The translations under genes and the position numbers were made by a program. Below are positions 35,432 to 47,075 of a DNA stretch of 50,899 nt, in pieces. This DNA comes from Halocafeteria seosinensis (lineage: Eukaryota). The stretch is from contig LVLI01000638.1 in assembly GCA_001687465.1 (NCBI GenBank), positions 1-50,899 on the forward strand. The letters are read 5' to 3'. The notes beneath the pieces are model-generated. The model made no database searches. It was not told the origin of the DNA and saw only the letters and a program-made list of their open reading frames with translations. Numbering within the stretch: the stretch's first letter is position 1; every line of letters starts with the position of its first letter.

Positions 35432-35728
35432 AACCTTACACGGAAGAGCCAGGACTGAGAGGCTCACATACCTTGCATCTGGGGAAGATTACTCTCTCTC
35501 CCAGCAGTGTTGCAAGTGCTCTTAAAACGAGAATGAGCGTGCACATCGTTCGTTTCCCGAGGAAGGTTGTGGTAACCATGTTAGTAGCTCCGACGGTTTT
35601 GCCAAACTGAAACTGGTAGCACGCTAGAAAATCACATGATACACGTGGTGTACCTGAAAACGCTGCTATAGTATATTTCTTGGAAGTGAAAGCTACTACC
35701 CAATAATGTATCTTACTATGTAACCACG

Positions 35729-36902
35729 TTAGCGCTTGACAAATTTTGCAAGTTTGCTCGCTATTCCTTCCGCCTGCGTTCCATACATTCCCCCGAAAAT
35801 GTACCTGGATTCATTAGTCATAGGGTTCCACATTAGACGGTGGGAATCGAGTACATTTGAGTAGACCGCACGTACCAGTGGTTCATATAATGATACAACT
35901 GATATAGGTCGTGCCTTTCATCCCAATGCTGTCTAGCTTGTGGCATTTTTTCGTAGTAAGCCTTCCAAAATTGAGGCGGCACGCTCCCAAACATGCTGCG
36001 TTGACACGGAACCGCGTAACCTGTAGTGTACTCAGTGTATTGTGATGTAGAGATGCTGCTACGTACCACATAATCCCAAAGTCGAACTCATAGTGAGCAT
36101 AACAAGGAGCGGCATCATAGATAACGGGAACCAGCCAATCTGAAGAATCCTTTAATTGAACCCCTTGTTGCTCCATTTCTCTATGTATTGTGTCATCACT
36201 AACACCTTCTCTTTCATGGCGTTCTTGAATAAAACGCTTCAGCCTTTCCTGAGAAACCCTGGCGGCAGCATAGTTTCCCGACCATAGATCACCGTGAACC
36301 AAGCTTGGCTTCACTTCGTCGATTGCTTCAAAGAACGAGCCGATATTGTTGCAAATGTCCTCAATATTTCTCTTAAAGCTTGAACTCGCACCATGGCGTC
36401 CATCAATAAGTTTAGTCATTGTGCGCAACCGGTAGTTTGCATAAAAGTCTTGCCAAGTATCACACCAGGTGTTAGTTTGCGGTCCTTCACCACACCAATT
36501 ATTGACAGGGAATCCAAATTTCCCTTTCGGAACATCCGGGTCATTTTGAGGAGCCATATGGAGGTCAGCCAACTGAGACGCGAACTTTTGATACAGATCG
36601 CCCTGCGAGAGCCTTCCGGACATATTGACGAATTCTGACACGAAAACCACTCCATCTCCAGCTTTCTGAACCATTAATGGTTCCGGGCAGAAAATCGTGT
36701 GCGTGTCATAAATGGCTCTCGCACCTTTGTACTCGGACTCCAACTTCGTTAGTTCACCGATTGGCGCGAATTTGGCAAAATACTTGCCCCCATCTTCCGT
36801 AGTGAGAATGTATGCTTCGGCATCATCTCCTCCCGCTGTGGCTTTGGAATTGGCAATGTGGGTGTTCAGCGCTCGTCCAACGTCCTCCCACACACGTTGC
36901 AT
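35729..36902 (-). CDS. FN3K: Fructosamine/ketosamine-3-kinase family; 3 exons (introns 35996-36066, 35805-35875)
   Basis: YFAK, LADLH, KFGFPVNNWCGEGPQTNTW, PSLVHGDLWSGN, VIYDAAPCYAHYEFDFGI, LYQLYHYMNHWYIFGGMY. Confidence 0.92.
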
Positions 36903-37132
36903 TATCGCTCACCACTTTCTCGGTTGTCAACTGGACTCGCAAAAGGCGCCACCGTTGCACTCTGTGTCATCGAACCAACCTCGTCGTCAGACGCACGTAT
37001 ACCGGGTGTAGAACACTTCCTCCATCCATCTTGTGAAGGTAGCTGGCGCGGGGAACTTCACGAAGGTCGCAGATGGAATCGTAGTTTGTGTTGACAGGGG
37101 ATTCAGAGGTTCGCTTGGTTCTTTTTTAAACG

Positions 37133-38448
37133 ATGGCGGATGACAATGAATCGGCGCCGTACCACATCGTGGTGCGCGTCGGGAAACGACAGTACCGAAA
37201 GTTTCGGCACCCTTTTCATCGTCCATCTTCTTCGACTCAGGAGAGTTCCGTGATGCAGTATGCAGAGCCGCCGGAAGAGGATGTCGAGGAAGAGAGATTC
37301 CGAGATGATGAAGATGGTGGAGAGGAGGAGCTCCTGGAACAGGAGAAAACCAAACGAGAGGGGGACGAGTTTGTGGGGAAGGCTTTGGTGGCTCCTCGAG
37401 CTGTGGGAGCTATAATTGGACGCAAGGGTTCCACATTACGAGGTCTTGAACAGCAGACCAACACGAAGATCAGTATTCAATCAGACAAGAATGAATCTGT
37501 CCCTCAGAAGAAGAACGAGCCGAACTACGTGTCTCACCCTCGGGACATCAAGGATGCTGTTGTCACCATTCGAGGGTCTTCGGCGCAGGGTGTCTCGTCA
37601 GCTCGAACACGGGTGTAAGTTGTCTACTTTGTCGAAATGATGCGTTTGCTTTGAATGAACCATTGTATTCCCTTGAATTGTGCTGACGCAGGTTTTTAAA
37701 GGAGCAGGGAGCAATAGATAAACTACCGTACTCACACTTCGTTTCAGTACCCTTAGCGCTGGGGAATGTGTCTGACGCTTCAAATGCAATGCAGAAATTT
37801 CAGCAAGAAGTTTTGTCTATACAAGAGTCTGCAGAAGATTCTTTTGGGATAGAAAGTTCGCTCTTTACTCAACCTGCTCAGTTACACTGCACGCTACTCA
37901 TGTTGAAGATCTATTCTAATAAGGCCTTGCAGCTGGCCGTTCGAGCCTTGAGAAACACGAATGGAACTCTGAAGGATATTGCTAGGGAATTGCGTGAAAC
38001 TTATGGCGAACAGTATAGAGAGACAAATATAGCGGGTTTGGAGTATATGAATGATGACCCGCAAAACGTACATGTCTTGTATGGGCAGCTGCATGGACAT
38101 GGAGCGCAACTACTTGACCGGTACTGGAGATCACTGATTCGAGAGTATTTGAATAATTCTTTAACATCCGAAGAGGAACTTCGCCGACAGCGCATGATAC
38201 TGCCTGATGGATCTTTTTCGCCAAAACTCCATGTCACTTTGCTCAATACAAGAAGAAGAGGCGAGGAGGGGGCCGATCGGCAACCATTCGACGCTCGACC
38301 ACTACTGCAACACTGGGGAAGCCATGTAGACTCAAAAAACTCTTTACGCGACATCTGGTCTACTCAGTTGTCAACGGTGCACTTGTCAGCAAGGGGATCG
38401 TTCGACGAGAATAAGTATTTCTACTCTGAATTCACAATACAACTTTAG
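37133..38448 (+). CDS. ASCC1: ASCC1: KH domain plus AKAP7-type 2H phosphoesterase; 2 exons
   Basis: KH GxxG motif GAIIGRKGSTLRGLE; spliced RTRV|FLK...PYSHFVSVPL; two HxT motifs, LHCTLL and KLHVTLLN; FDARPLL. Confidence 0.9.
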
Positions 38449-38566
38449 GTGTCAACATCAGAGGACAATGAGGTCAACATACTGTAGCTTCTTGGAGGCC
38501 AGTTACATGGATTACGGGGTGTACTTTTTCTTCTCCAAAAAACATGTAAAGGGATTATGATGGTAT

Positions 38567-40884
38567 CTATCTATTCTCTGGCACAGGGATAATGTGAACA
38601 GCATGAATATGTACACGGCAAGGATCCACAACACACCATTCCGCTGTGTTGGATGCCGGCTGAGAGTTATCCCTGAGGTACAAACTGTCGTAACCCTCCC
38701 AAGCGTACCAGGTACCGTTATGGTCCAGAAATTTTCGAATTTCCCCGTGGGGGCCTGAACGAATACCTGACGGGTCAGGTTCGTTTTGGGCAACTTTGCA
38801 GTGCCCAAGATCTGTTATCGTCTCAATGATGGCGGCACCATTCGAATGGTTTTGGACAATGTTATCTGTGCTATCTGTATGTAAACGGAGTGTAACGCTG
38901 CTTCCCGTGCGACGATAGTGTTCCTCCTGAGCCTCCTTGAGTAACGTATTGTAGTCCTTGGGTAACGACGCTCGCGAGCGAGCAGCGAATATAAGCCCCT
39001 TCTCACGACGCCCTAGGTAAATCCCAAAGCCCTGCGCACTTGTTAATATCTACATCTAATTTCTACCTTGGATAGCAAATACCTGGAACATACCTCCATC
39101 TGACAGCAGCAGTCGCCTCTCTTGCATTGCTCAATCTTTTTGCATCTTGGCTTCGTAAATCCACTCTTGAGCACTCCAATAGCATTGTCAACAGACGTAC
39201 CATGGTACAACCGTACAAAATTCCCTCGTCTTCGAGGATACACGAACGGGTGCTGATATGCGCAATTCGCGCTTCTGAAAATTTCACGAACGACACGGCT
39301 AAAATTCACACCCTGATGTGAGACAGTGTTTTCATCTTGAAGCGACATTAAGGATTTCTCTCCCATCCATAGGACTCCGGATGGCCATACCCTCGTCGAC
39401 GCTCCTACTTTCTGACCGAAGCGACGGGCCGTTCGCCGAATAACGTTGTTCTTTACTTGACCGAGACGCAATAGAATATCGATGTCCAAGAAGAAGACTT
39501 GAACACGCGAATTAAGAGTTCTATATTTTTCCCTAGTTGTTCTTTTCTCCCAAGGCTTGGAGGACGCAGCTACAGCAGTGAATGTATTCAACTGTTCATC
39601 GGATGCACTTGGGTACTTCGTTTTATATTCAGGATATTCAACGGAACCATACTTTTCCACCGTCTCCAGGCGCAGTCCCCCTTTTCTGGCAGAGGGAGGT
39701 AATTCATCAACTGAGTCATCAGCCACTGAGCCGGTGAACTCCAATCTGGCAACAATTGCATACTTGAAATAGTTGAGCGGAACATAGCCCAAAATTTCTC
39801 TCGCGCCCCTCCACGCTGTGATTTCAGGTTGCAATTCATCGTAGCCATAATCCGCAGTGGCATCGAAGAGGCATAGTTCATCGGACTTGGAATGCAGAAA
39901 CAAGTATGCATACTCTCCAGCATATTTTTGAATTTCATCATTCATCCCAGGACTGTAGCGGTTTATATCAGCGTCACTAGATGAGGCTTGTTTCGGGAGA
40001 GAAATATCATCGGGCTCAGCACCAACAGCTGTGGAGTTTGCGATCCAGCTTCGCAGAACGATTTTCACCTCATGCTTTGGCATTTCAGGTTGCACACATC
40101 CCCATGGAACTTGAGTCTTCTCTTCAGTGACAATATACGCACCCGCTCCATTTTCTTGATCTCTCAGAATGCGGTCTCGGGAGTCTTTTAATGAGTATAA
40201 GATATCCTTAGTGAGTGGACCGTACCATCTCAGTTTTCCCGCTTTTTCAAGTGTGTATCGATCAGCATTCTGATCGGTAGGAACTATGCTCGACAATCCC
40301 AACTCCCGTCTAAGGTCGTCGGCCCTGCTCCTCGTTGCCTTTTCCAATATTCGGAGTGCAGTCTTGTATTCTTCTTCTGTAGGAGGACTATTCGAAACTC
40401 TATCTAAGCAAAGTCTAGCCTCCGTGGGAGGATCGTTGGACACATCAAAGCAGCGGAGCATCGACCTGGTACTCGTCTGTCGTGAGGGGTCCGTCCACAC
40501 CCCGGTGACTTTATATGCTTGCTTAGCTTTTACTAATTGATCAATTCGGAACAAGTGGTATACTCCTTGGCTAACTTGGTATCTAACAAAAAATCCCGTC
40601 ACCAGTTTTGCAAAGTAGGGGGTATTGCAATACCGGCCAAGGAAGCTCCTCGATAATACGACGGACCGGAAATCGTCGTACGAGGGCGAATGCGCTGCAG
40701 CTTCCTCACTGCCGTTTCCTTCATCATATATATGCGAACTATTTGCTGGTGCTATCGAAACAGCAGCATACCCGTTCGTGGCCTGGGAACCACCTGTTGT
40801 CGTGGTGGTTGTGTCCACCCTCCTGCGTTTGTTTGCGTTTCTGTCTTCATTTTCGGGTGCTCCGGAGGGCGAAGCTGATGCCAT
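38567..40884 (-). CDS. Plus3 domain fused to a Gig2/PARP-like ADP-ribosyltransferase domain (~751 aa); 2 exons (intron 39032-39093)
   Basis: N-terminal Plus3 (LSRSFLGRYCNTPYFAKLVTGFFVRY...VSNSPPTEEEY). ART motifs LYHGTS...GF in exon 1, then GFGIYL, GYDSLY and EWCVVDPCRV in exon 2 (38567-39031, 155 codons, manually translated). Confidence 0.82.
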
Positions 40885-41675
40885 AATCCAGCGCCCCACC
40901 TATACTGGACTACCAGAGTGACAGTGCCTGTGTCAGGCAGACGTCTGTGTTAAGAAGTCGCAGATTCAACCTCCGTTCGTAGTCCTGCATGTGACCACGT
41001 AAAAATCAAGAAATAGAGATTTCGAGGAGAATAAAATCTTAAAATCCCTTGAAATTCACTGTATGTGTTGCAGCCGTAACTGTCTGGGAAGCGTGTGTCT
41101 CAAGCAAAATACCCAGTTATATCGAGCTGCTTCTTCCTTGTTATTAGCCACTCCCAACATTCCATTGCCTACACGTCTCGGATGGCAAGAAGAGTAGGTC
41201 CTGGCTGAGCTCCACCGGAGAGAGGAGGGAAGGGAAAATCGCTTGCGTATACGTCCGTGGACGGACGAGAAGAGGATGTTTTTCATGGAAGGAAGAAAGA
41301 GCTTACCTTATGGGTTCGAATCAAGTGTTATTGTCCCAATTTAGTACACTTTATACATTAACTACACGTACGTCAGCGCGTATACAGTGAGACCATTCAA
41401 CCAACTAACTATTCCAATGACCTGGATCGACATATAATATGCACCTACGACACTATAGGGCTCCTTGTATCTGCGCCTCTTAAGTCTTGGAAGCACACAT
41501 CAGGTCTCAATAAAGATTGTGTCGTTGAAGTTGCACTGACACCGCGCGGTCATTGCATTCACTATGAAGCCAGCAGGAGGGAGTATTGCTGCTTAATGGA
41601 CTGCACAGTGCCGACATTTCGCGTCGCTTATGTATGTAGAATTGGTTCTGAACCGTGAAAGAAAGAGACCCAACA

Positions 41676-42634
41676 ATGCCGCGGTCACGCAAAGTGCGAC
41701 AGAGTAAGTTGAAGCTACTAGCCAGACCTCGATATAAGGCCATTTCGATGCGTATACGGCTTATACACTTCATTTCCGTGTGTTAAGTGCAGAACCCACC
41801 ACCAATGTTCATCATAAAGAGAAGAAGGAGTTAAAGCAGCAGCTCATTGATGTGGTACAGCGCTGTGTGGACGAATATGAACGAGTCTTTGTATTCACAT
41901 TCGAAAACATGCGCACCAATAAATTCAAAGATCTTCGCAATGAATGGAAAGATAGCAGATTCTTGTTAGGGAGAAATAAGGTGATGAAATTAGCACTTGA
42001 AGGAGGACCTGGAGCAGGCGAGAAAGAATATAGACCGGGTTTGGGGAAACTGGCGCAGGTATGCTCTTGCTTTGCAACGTTGTCAATCCGTATTCATTAT
42101 GCGTGACTCGTGACGTGCAGCATCTTAATGGAATGGTTGGTCTGTTATTCACAAATAGAAGTGCAGAAGAAGTTCGAAAGTGAGTGTCTCGTAAGACACG
42201 TCCGTCGTTGTATTCTGTCGGCTTCACTTGAGATGACATGACTCCAGATACTTTAAGGACTACGGGGAGCTGGATTATGCCAGAGCTGGGGCAGAAGCAA
42301 CAGAACAAATGGTCATACCACAAGGTCCAATAGATCAACCACATACACTGTGTCCGACGCTATCGAAGCTAGGAATGCCAGTAAAGTTAGAGAAGGGTAT
42401 CATTCAGTGCACGAGAGATTACGTGGTTTGTGAAGAAGGCGCCTCGCTGACTCCGAACCAGGCAAAACTACTGGTACGTGGACCAGATGCACATATATTT
42501 TCTTTTGTGAAACTTAGCATACACTGAACATTTGCTCCCAGAAACTATTCGGAAAGCCCATGGCGTGGTTCACAATTTCTATGCAAGCAATGTGGGAATC
42601 TTCCACAGAAAAGTATTCCAACGTAAATGTATGA
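41676..42634 (+). CDS. MRT4: Ribosome assembly factor Mrt4 (uL10/P0 paralogue); 5 exons
   Basis: MPRSRK start, ENMRTNKFKDLRNEWKDSRFLLGRNKVM, GLLFTN, DYARAG, KLGMPVKL, LTPNQAKLL|KLFG. Confidence 0.93.
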
Positions 42635-42657
42635 CACGGCAAAAGCAGCTGTCGGTT

Positions 42658-45347
42658 CTACGACGATGCGTTGTCGTTATGTAGACCTGCCTCTAAATGT
42701 GATTCACTCTCCCCAAATTGAGTGTCCATCTTAGCAATTTCTGACTGGGAATGGTCATGGACTGTAGTGGAAACAAACGTGCCCCACGTCTTCGAAGGAG
42801 TTTGCGAAAATTGTTGCCCCGCTGATAAAGATGGTAGTGATATCTCCCCAATGGAGTGGGTATCCAGACTTAGTTTTCGTTCTTTCTCACCTTCGACAGA
42901 TCCAACATCCTCGTAACTATATTCATGAGTCTGGCTTCCACCTTCTTCAAATGGAACACTCGGTCTATTATGTTCCGATTCTCCACCCTGCCCACTTCCT
43001 TCTGACGTGCTTTCGAGACCTTGAAGTGGGAGACTACCATTTTCCGTAGACGCTCCACCCGCGCCCACATTGTCCCCGGGACCATTCGTCTGCCCACTAG
43101 CCATCGCAGCTTCACCGGCGGCAGCTGCTAACGCTGCCTGCTCAGATTGATCTCCCTGTGAAGCAGGACCGGAGCTTTGCAGTTGCTGATTCGGTGCTAT
43201 GGCGTCTCGAAGCTCAGCAGAGTCCGCTTGAACTGGTGGAGCATTTCTTGTGTCCGCAGCGACAGCAACATACTGCTGCATTACTTGCTCCAGATATTGG
43301 ATTCGGGCAGTAAGACGCTCTACCTCCTCTTTGCTATACGTTTCTGATGTGTCACCACCGCCACTAGCTCCTGACTGAGGCAATGTTCCTGTCGACTGTG
43401 ACATACTGGGAGACTGGTAAAACTGTGAGCCGGAGCTAGTGTGTGCGGGAGTAGAACTTGGCCTCACGGACATTTCTGCATTTGAGTTGGTGGGACGGCG
43501 CGAAGTACCCGCCGTTTCGCTTTGCGAGTGATAGTGGGCTTGAATGCTGGAAGCAAACGATGCCTGCCGTAAAGCATTGGCACTCGCAGTACTCTCACGA
43601 TCATCAAACTCCTTTTCATGTCCAGATCTATCGAAGGGAGCGGAGGTAGTAGCGTCACAATTCAAGCCCACAAGAGAATCATCACCAGCCATTGCGCGAT
43701 CTCTTGACCCGCTTCGTTTTGATCGACCGAATATAGAGCCCGTATCGAACTCAGAGTACAAGCTACCCCCTCCAAAGCTGTCGGAGCGGAGTCCGGCCGA
43801 AGGAGATCTCCCGCGTCCAAACATGTGGTCTTTTAAAGAGAATTCCGTCTTTGGAAAGTCCTCACCTACCGTAGAAGCTTGCTGCCGGCTACCTGGTGAC
43901 TGGTCCAGAGCCCCGCTTTGTGAGTTCCCCGCACCGCCGGCAGCACTGGGCGTGTGCGCGCTTTGAACAGCGTGCTCGTTTTGGTTTCCACGATATCCCA
44001 GTGAAAATCCACTCTCGCTTATCCCACCTGTTACAGAGGACGCTGAATAACCGCCAGGTTGTGGGGCAAACGACTCTGAAGGATACGGATAATTCCGTTG
44101 ACTTATTCCATTGGGAGCCTGGATCGCATCGTATACATGAGGAAGCTGATGTTGTTGCTCGATGGAGGCGCTTCTACTATTACTCGCAGGATCCACAGAG
44201 GAGGAAATCGGGGCTTGTGGCGCCGTTGGAGGTGCCGCCATATGACCCCCTGCTGCTGAAGGTGGCGGGGCTACTCCTTCAGACCAACCTCCCACATAAC
44301 TGGCTGGAAAGTGAGGATCTACTGGCACGTGCTCTTGCCCTCCCCACTCATGAGTTGGAACCCATTGACCAGCGTGGGGACCTAAACTGTCGAGACCATG
44401 GGGATCCGGGAGAGGCTCATTTCCGTAGTGATAATTATAGTCTTGGTAGGCTGGTGCTTCAACACTTTGCGGTGCGTGATAGGCAGTTTCTCCTGCGCCT
44501 TGAGCGCTTGACAGACGGAATGCCCTATCACTAGGGTTGACATACGCCCTTGACTGAATGGCCGGTTCATCGGAAACCCTCTGCTTCTTGTTAGCATCCT
44601 GGTGAAAATCTTTGCCTGGAGCCCCACGCTTTGCTCTCTCCGGTTGCTGCTTTTGAGGCCGCTTCTTGTTTCGCGAAGAATTCCGCTGCTGCCCTTTCGG
44701 CGCACTTTTGCTGAAGCCATACACTGACTCTTTATTGTACACGTCTCCATTTTGATAGGTAGGATCGCCGGCCGCTGCCAATAGTGCTTGACCTGAGCTA
44801 TTTGTCTTTCTCACCACCTTATTAAGCATATCCCGTCGGCCTTTCCTAAAATAGGGGTGGTAATAAATAAACAAGTGCGATTTCTTCTCAGTCTTGATTC
44901 CAAACTTCGGCAACTGATTACTGTGTAGCTTTTGGAATCTGAAAACATTTCGATCAATTAAACAAACGGTCAATCGGATAACATAGGGAAGGCGTTGTTG
45001 GCAGGCAGAACTTACGCGTAAAAAGAGCACTGACGGCTGAAAGAAGACCAATTACCATGATTGAAGTATTGAGGAAGCACTTCATTGGCAAATTTCTTGG
45101 TATCCTCAATTTGGAACGCAACTCCATCTCCCACCCAGTGGATGACATGACTCCACCGTTGGTCAAGCAATATCCGGTACAGATTCTGCACACGCAAAAG
45201 ACTGTCAACACACACGCTCTTGAAAGAGGAGGCTTCGTTCATCCCAAAACTAACCTGTACAAAAGGTGGAGGGGTCAGCTCCGCAGGAGCCTGACCATTA
45301 CCTCCCATCATTTGTTGATTTCCAGGACGAGCCTTGGAACTTGCCAT
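42658..45347 (-). CDS. HSF-type DNA-binding protein; 3 exons, long low-complexity C-terminus
   Basis: PPFVQ|NLYRIL...IHW..DG.AFQI...FANEVLPQYFNHGNWSSFSRQCSFYA|FQK...YYHPYFRKGRRDML..VVRK is a complete HSF DNA-binding domain. Confidence 0.9.
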
Positions 45348-45693
45348 ACTCCGTGTAAAAGTTAAGTGCTAAGTGGGCCGAGGGATAACCGACTTTTTCG
45401 TCCTTACGCGGGCGCTTGTCCAGTAACGACGGTCAGATCCAAGTCACACAGCTGGAGCAAACGTGACCGTATACAGTCGGGAAGGGCCACCTGCACGAGC
45501 AAAGAGCCATGAGCCTGTGGTTTCTTCGGTAAGCACTTGCAAGGAGGGCCCCGGGTAAGAGGGCCGAGACGTGCGAAAAGGGCTATTTCCCTCTCGTATT
45601 CACGTCGTACCGACGTGGTCTCTCACGCCACGTGGTAGAAAATGCATTTATCTAATTGCCTAGAGACTGCCGCCACGTACCTCTCCTAGTATT

Positions 45694-46563
45694 GTCTAGT
45701 GCAGCATACAACTGGGGGTCGCGCCGTCCCCGGGACTCGACGTCTCTGAGAATGACAAAAAAGGTCCAAAGGGGAGTCTCCAGGGGGAAAATTAACACAC
45801 CGGGTCCGGACGGAGAAATACGGGAGTGAGACAAACTGTACCCAAAGGAATGACACCTGGATGGACCAGCAACAGCTTTCAGTACAACCAAAAATTCAGT
45901 ACATCCTCTCATCAACTCCAATAGCGGCGCATGTACTGGGTATCTCTGACGGGAAATTGACCCCGGGGGACGTCGGGGCGGTCTGGGACTTGGCGGGGAA
46001 AGCGACCACGGGTGCTGCCCTGCTTCAACCAACCGAAAAGCACAAGTGTCAGTAAGACTGAGTGAGTGAAGTGAACCAAGGCAACCGAGCACAAATGGTT
46101 GTTGATTGAATGAGTTGGGTTACGCGCGATGATGCGGCGAAAAAAGGGTTTCGTGCGGATGGGAATATCGATATGGGAACAACAAGGAAGTCATATGGAA
46201 AATGGAACAGAGAACCACTCCACTCGTTGGTTTGGATTTCATGGATTTGGGATGGCGTTCCATCCCATTCATCCATGATGATGATGTCTCCGCGTGTTTC
46301 GACGATTGTGCATAGAGATCACGGAGAAGCATATGCGGATACAATTCAAGACTGAACTCCCACATGCCCGTGACTTGGTACCATGTACTGTACCACCGTG
46401 GTGATACACTGTTCCTCCAAACGGGTGTCTCGAGGATAATCAGTCGGTCGGCTTCCACACGCTGCCTTTCACTTTACGTTGGGGATGAATTCTTTTCTTT
46501 CGTGTTTTATTGTTTTTTTCGATCGATCGCGCCTGGGGATCTGAGTGAAGTGTAACACCAGAC
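45694..46563. mobile_element. Putative MITE or non-autonomous DNA transposon (~870 bp)
   Basis: Imperfect TIRs: GTCTAGTGCAGCA (45694) versus reverse complement of TGTAACACCAGAC (ends 46563). Flanks CTAGTATT (45686-45693) and TTAGTATT (46564-46571). No convincing coding content. Confidence 0.5.
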
Positions 46564-47075
46564 TTAGTATTGTGCTCCAGGAGGCTCTGGCACACCTGGA
46601 ATGGAATTCTTCGGCAAGGAGTGGTTCGCCTCTTCGAAGTCGACTTCCCTTACTGTTGAATTGGATTTACCTCTGATTTAGATTGCCCGGTAAAACATGC
46701 ATTCCCTTCAGCTTACGCGTACAAGCCCACGCCGATTGTACCAACTTGTACTTGTGAATTCCAACATGCATGAGCATACGAAACAAGTCCAAGTGGTTTC
46801 TGTCCTGCACGTGTGTGTTTTTCTCCTTGATTACTCGTAACTTCATAGCACAAAGATATCTGCCACTGCCTCCTATGTAGGTATGTGGCCCCTCGTCACT
46901 CGGTACAATTGTAGTTGAATCTTGAAGATTGAAACGATTCGAAAGTCTTCTGCTGTACACAGTAGGTTTTCTTCAAAGGATTAATATTCTGAAGGGTTTC
47001 TCTTAAGGTGTTTATTCAGTCCCATACTCCATTCAGCTACACTGATTCCTGCATGTATTGGAACAACCCCGCAAG

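Noticed and set aside
37133..40884. ASCC1 (2H phosphoesterase) and the ART gene as a functional writer/eraser cluster
   Set aside because: ASCC1 is an ordinary conserved gene; tail-to-tail adjacency in a compact eukaryotic genome is no evidence of linkage without synteny data
40884..40899. Calling the Plus3 gene RTF1, or using the GTG start at 40899
   Set aside because: No Rtf1 HMD or C-terminal regions, and it ends in an ART domain; the first ATG is at 40884
41305..41325. tRNA gene suggested by GGTTCGAATC
   Set aside because: No cloverleaf stems or A-box could be built around it
43458..44750. Numerous short antisense or overlapping ORFs here and across the window
   Set aside because: They are shadows of real genes on the opposite strand or frame, with no recognisable motifs
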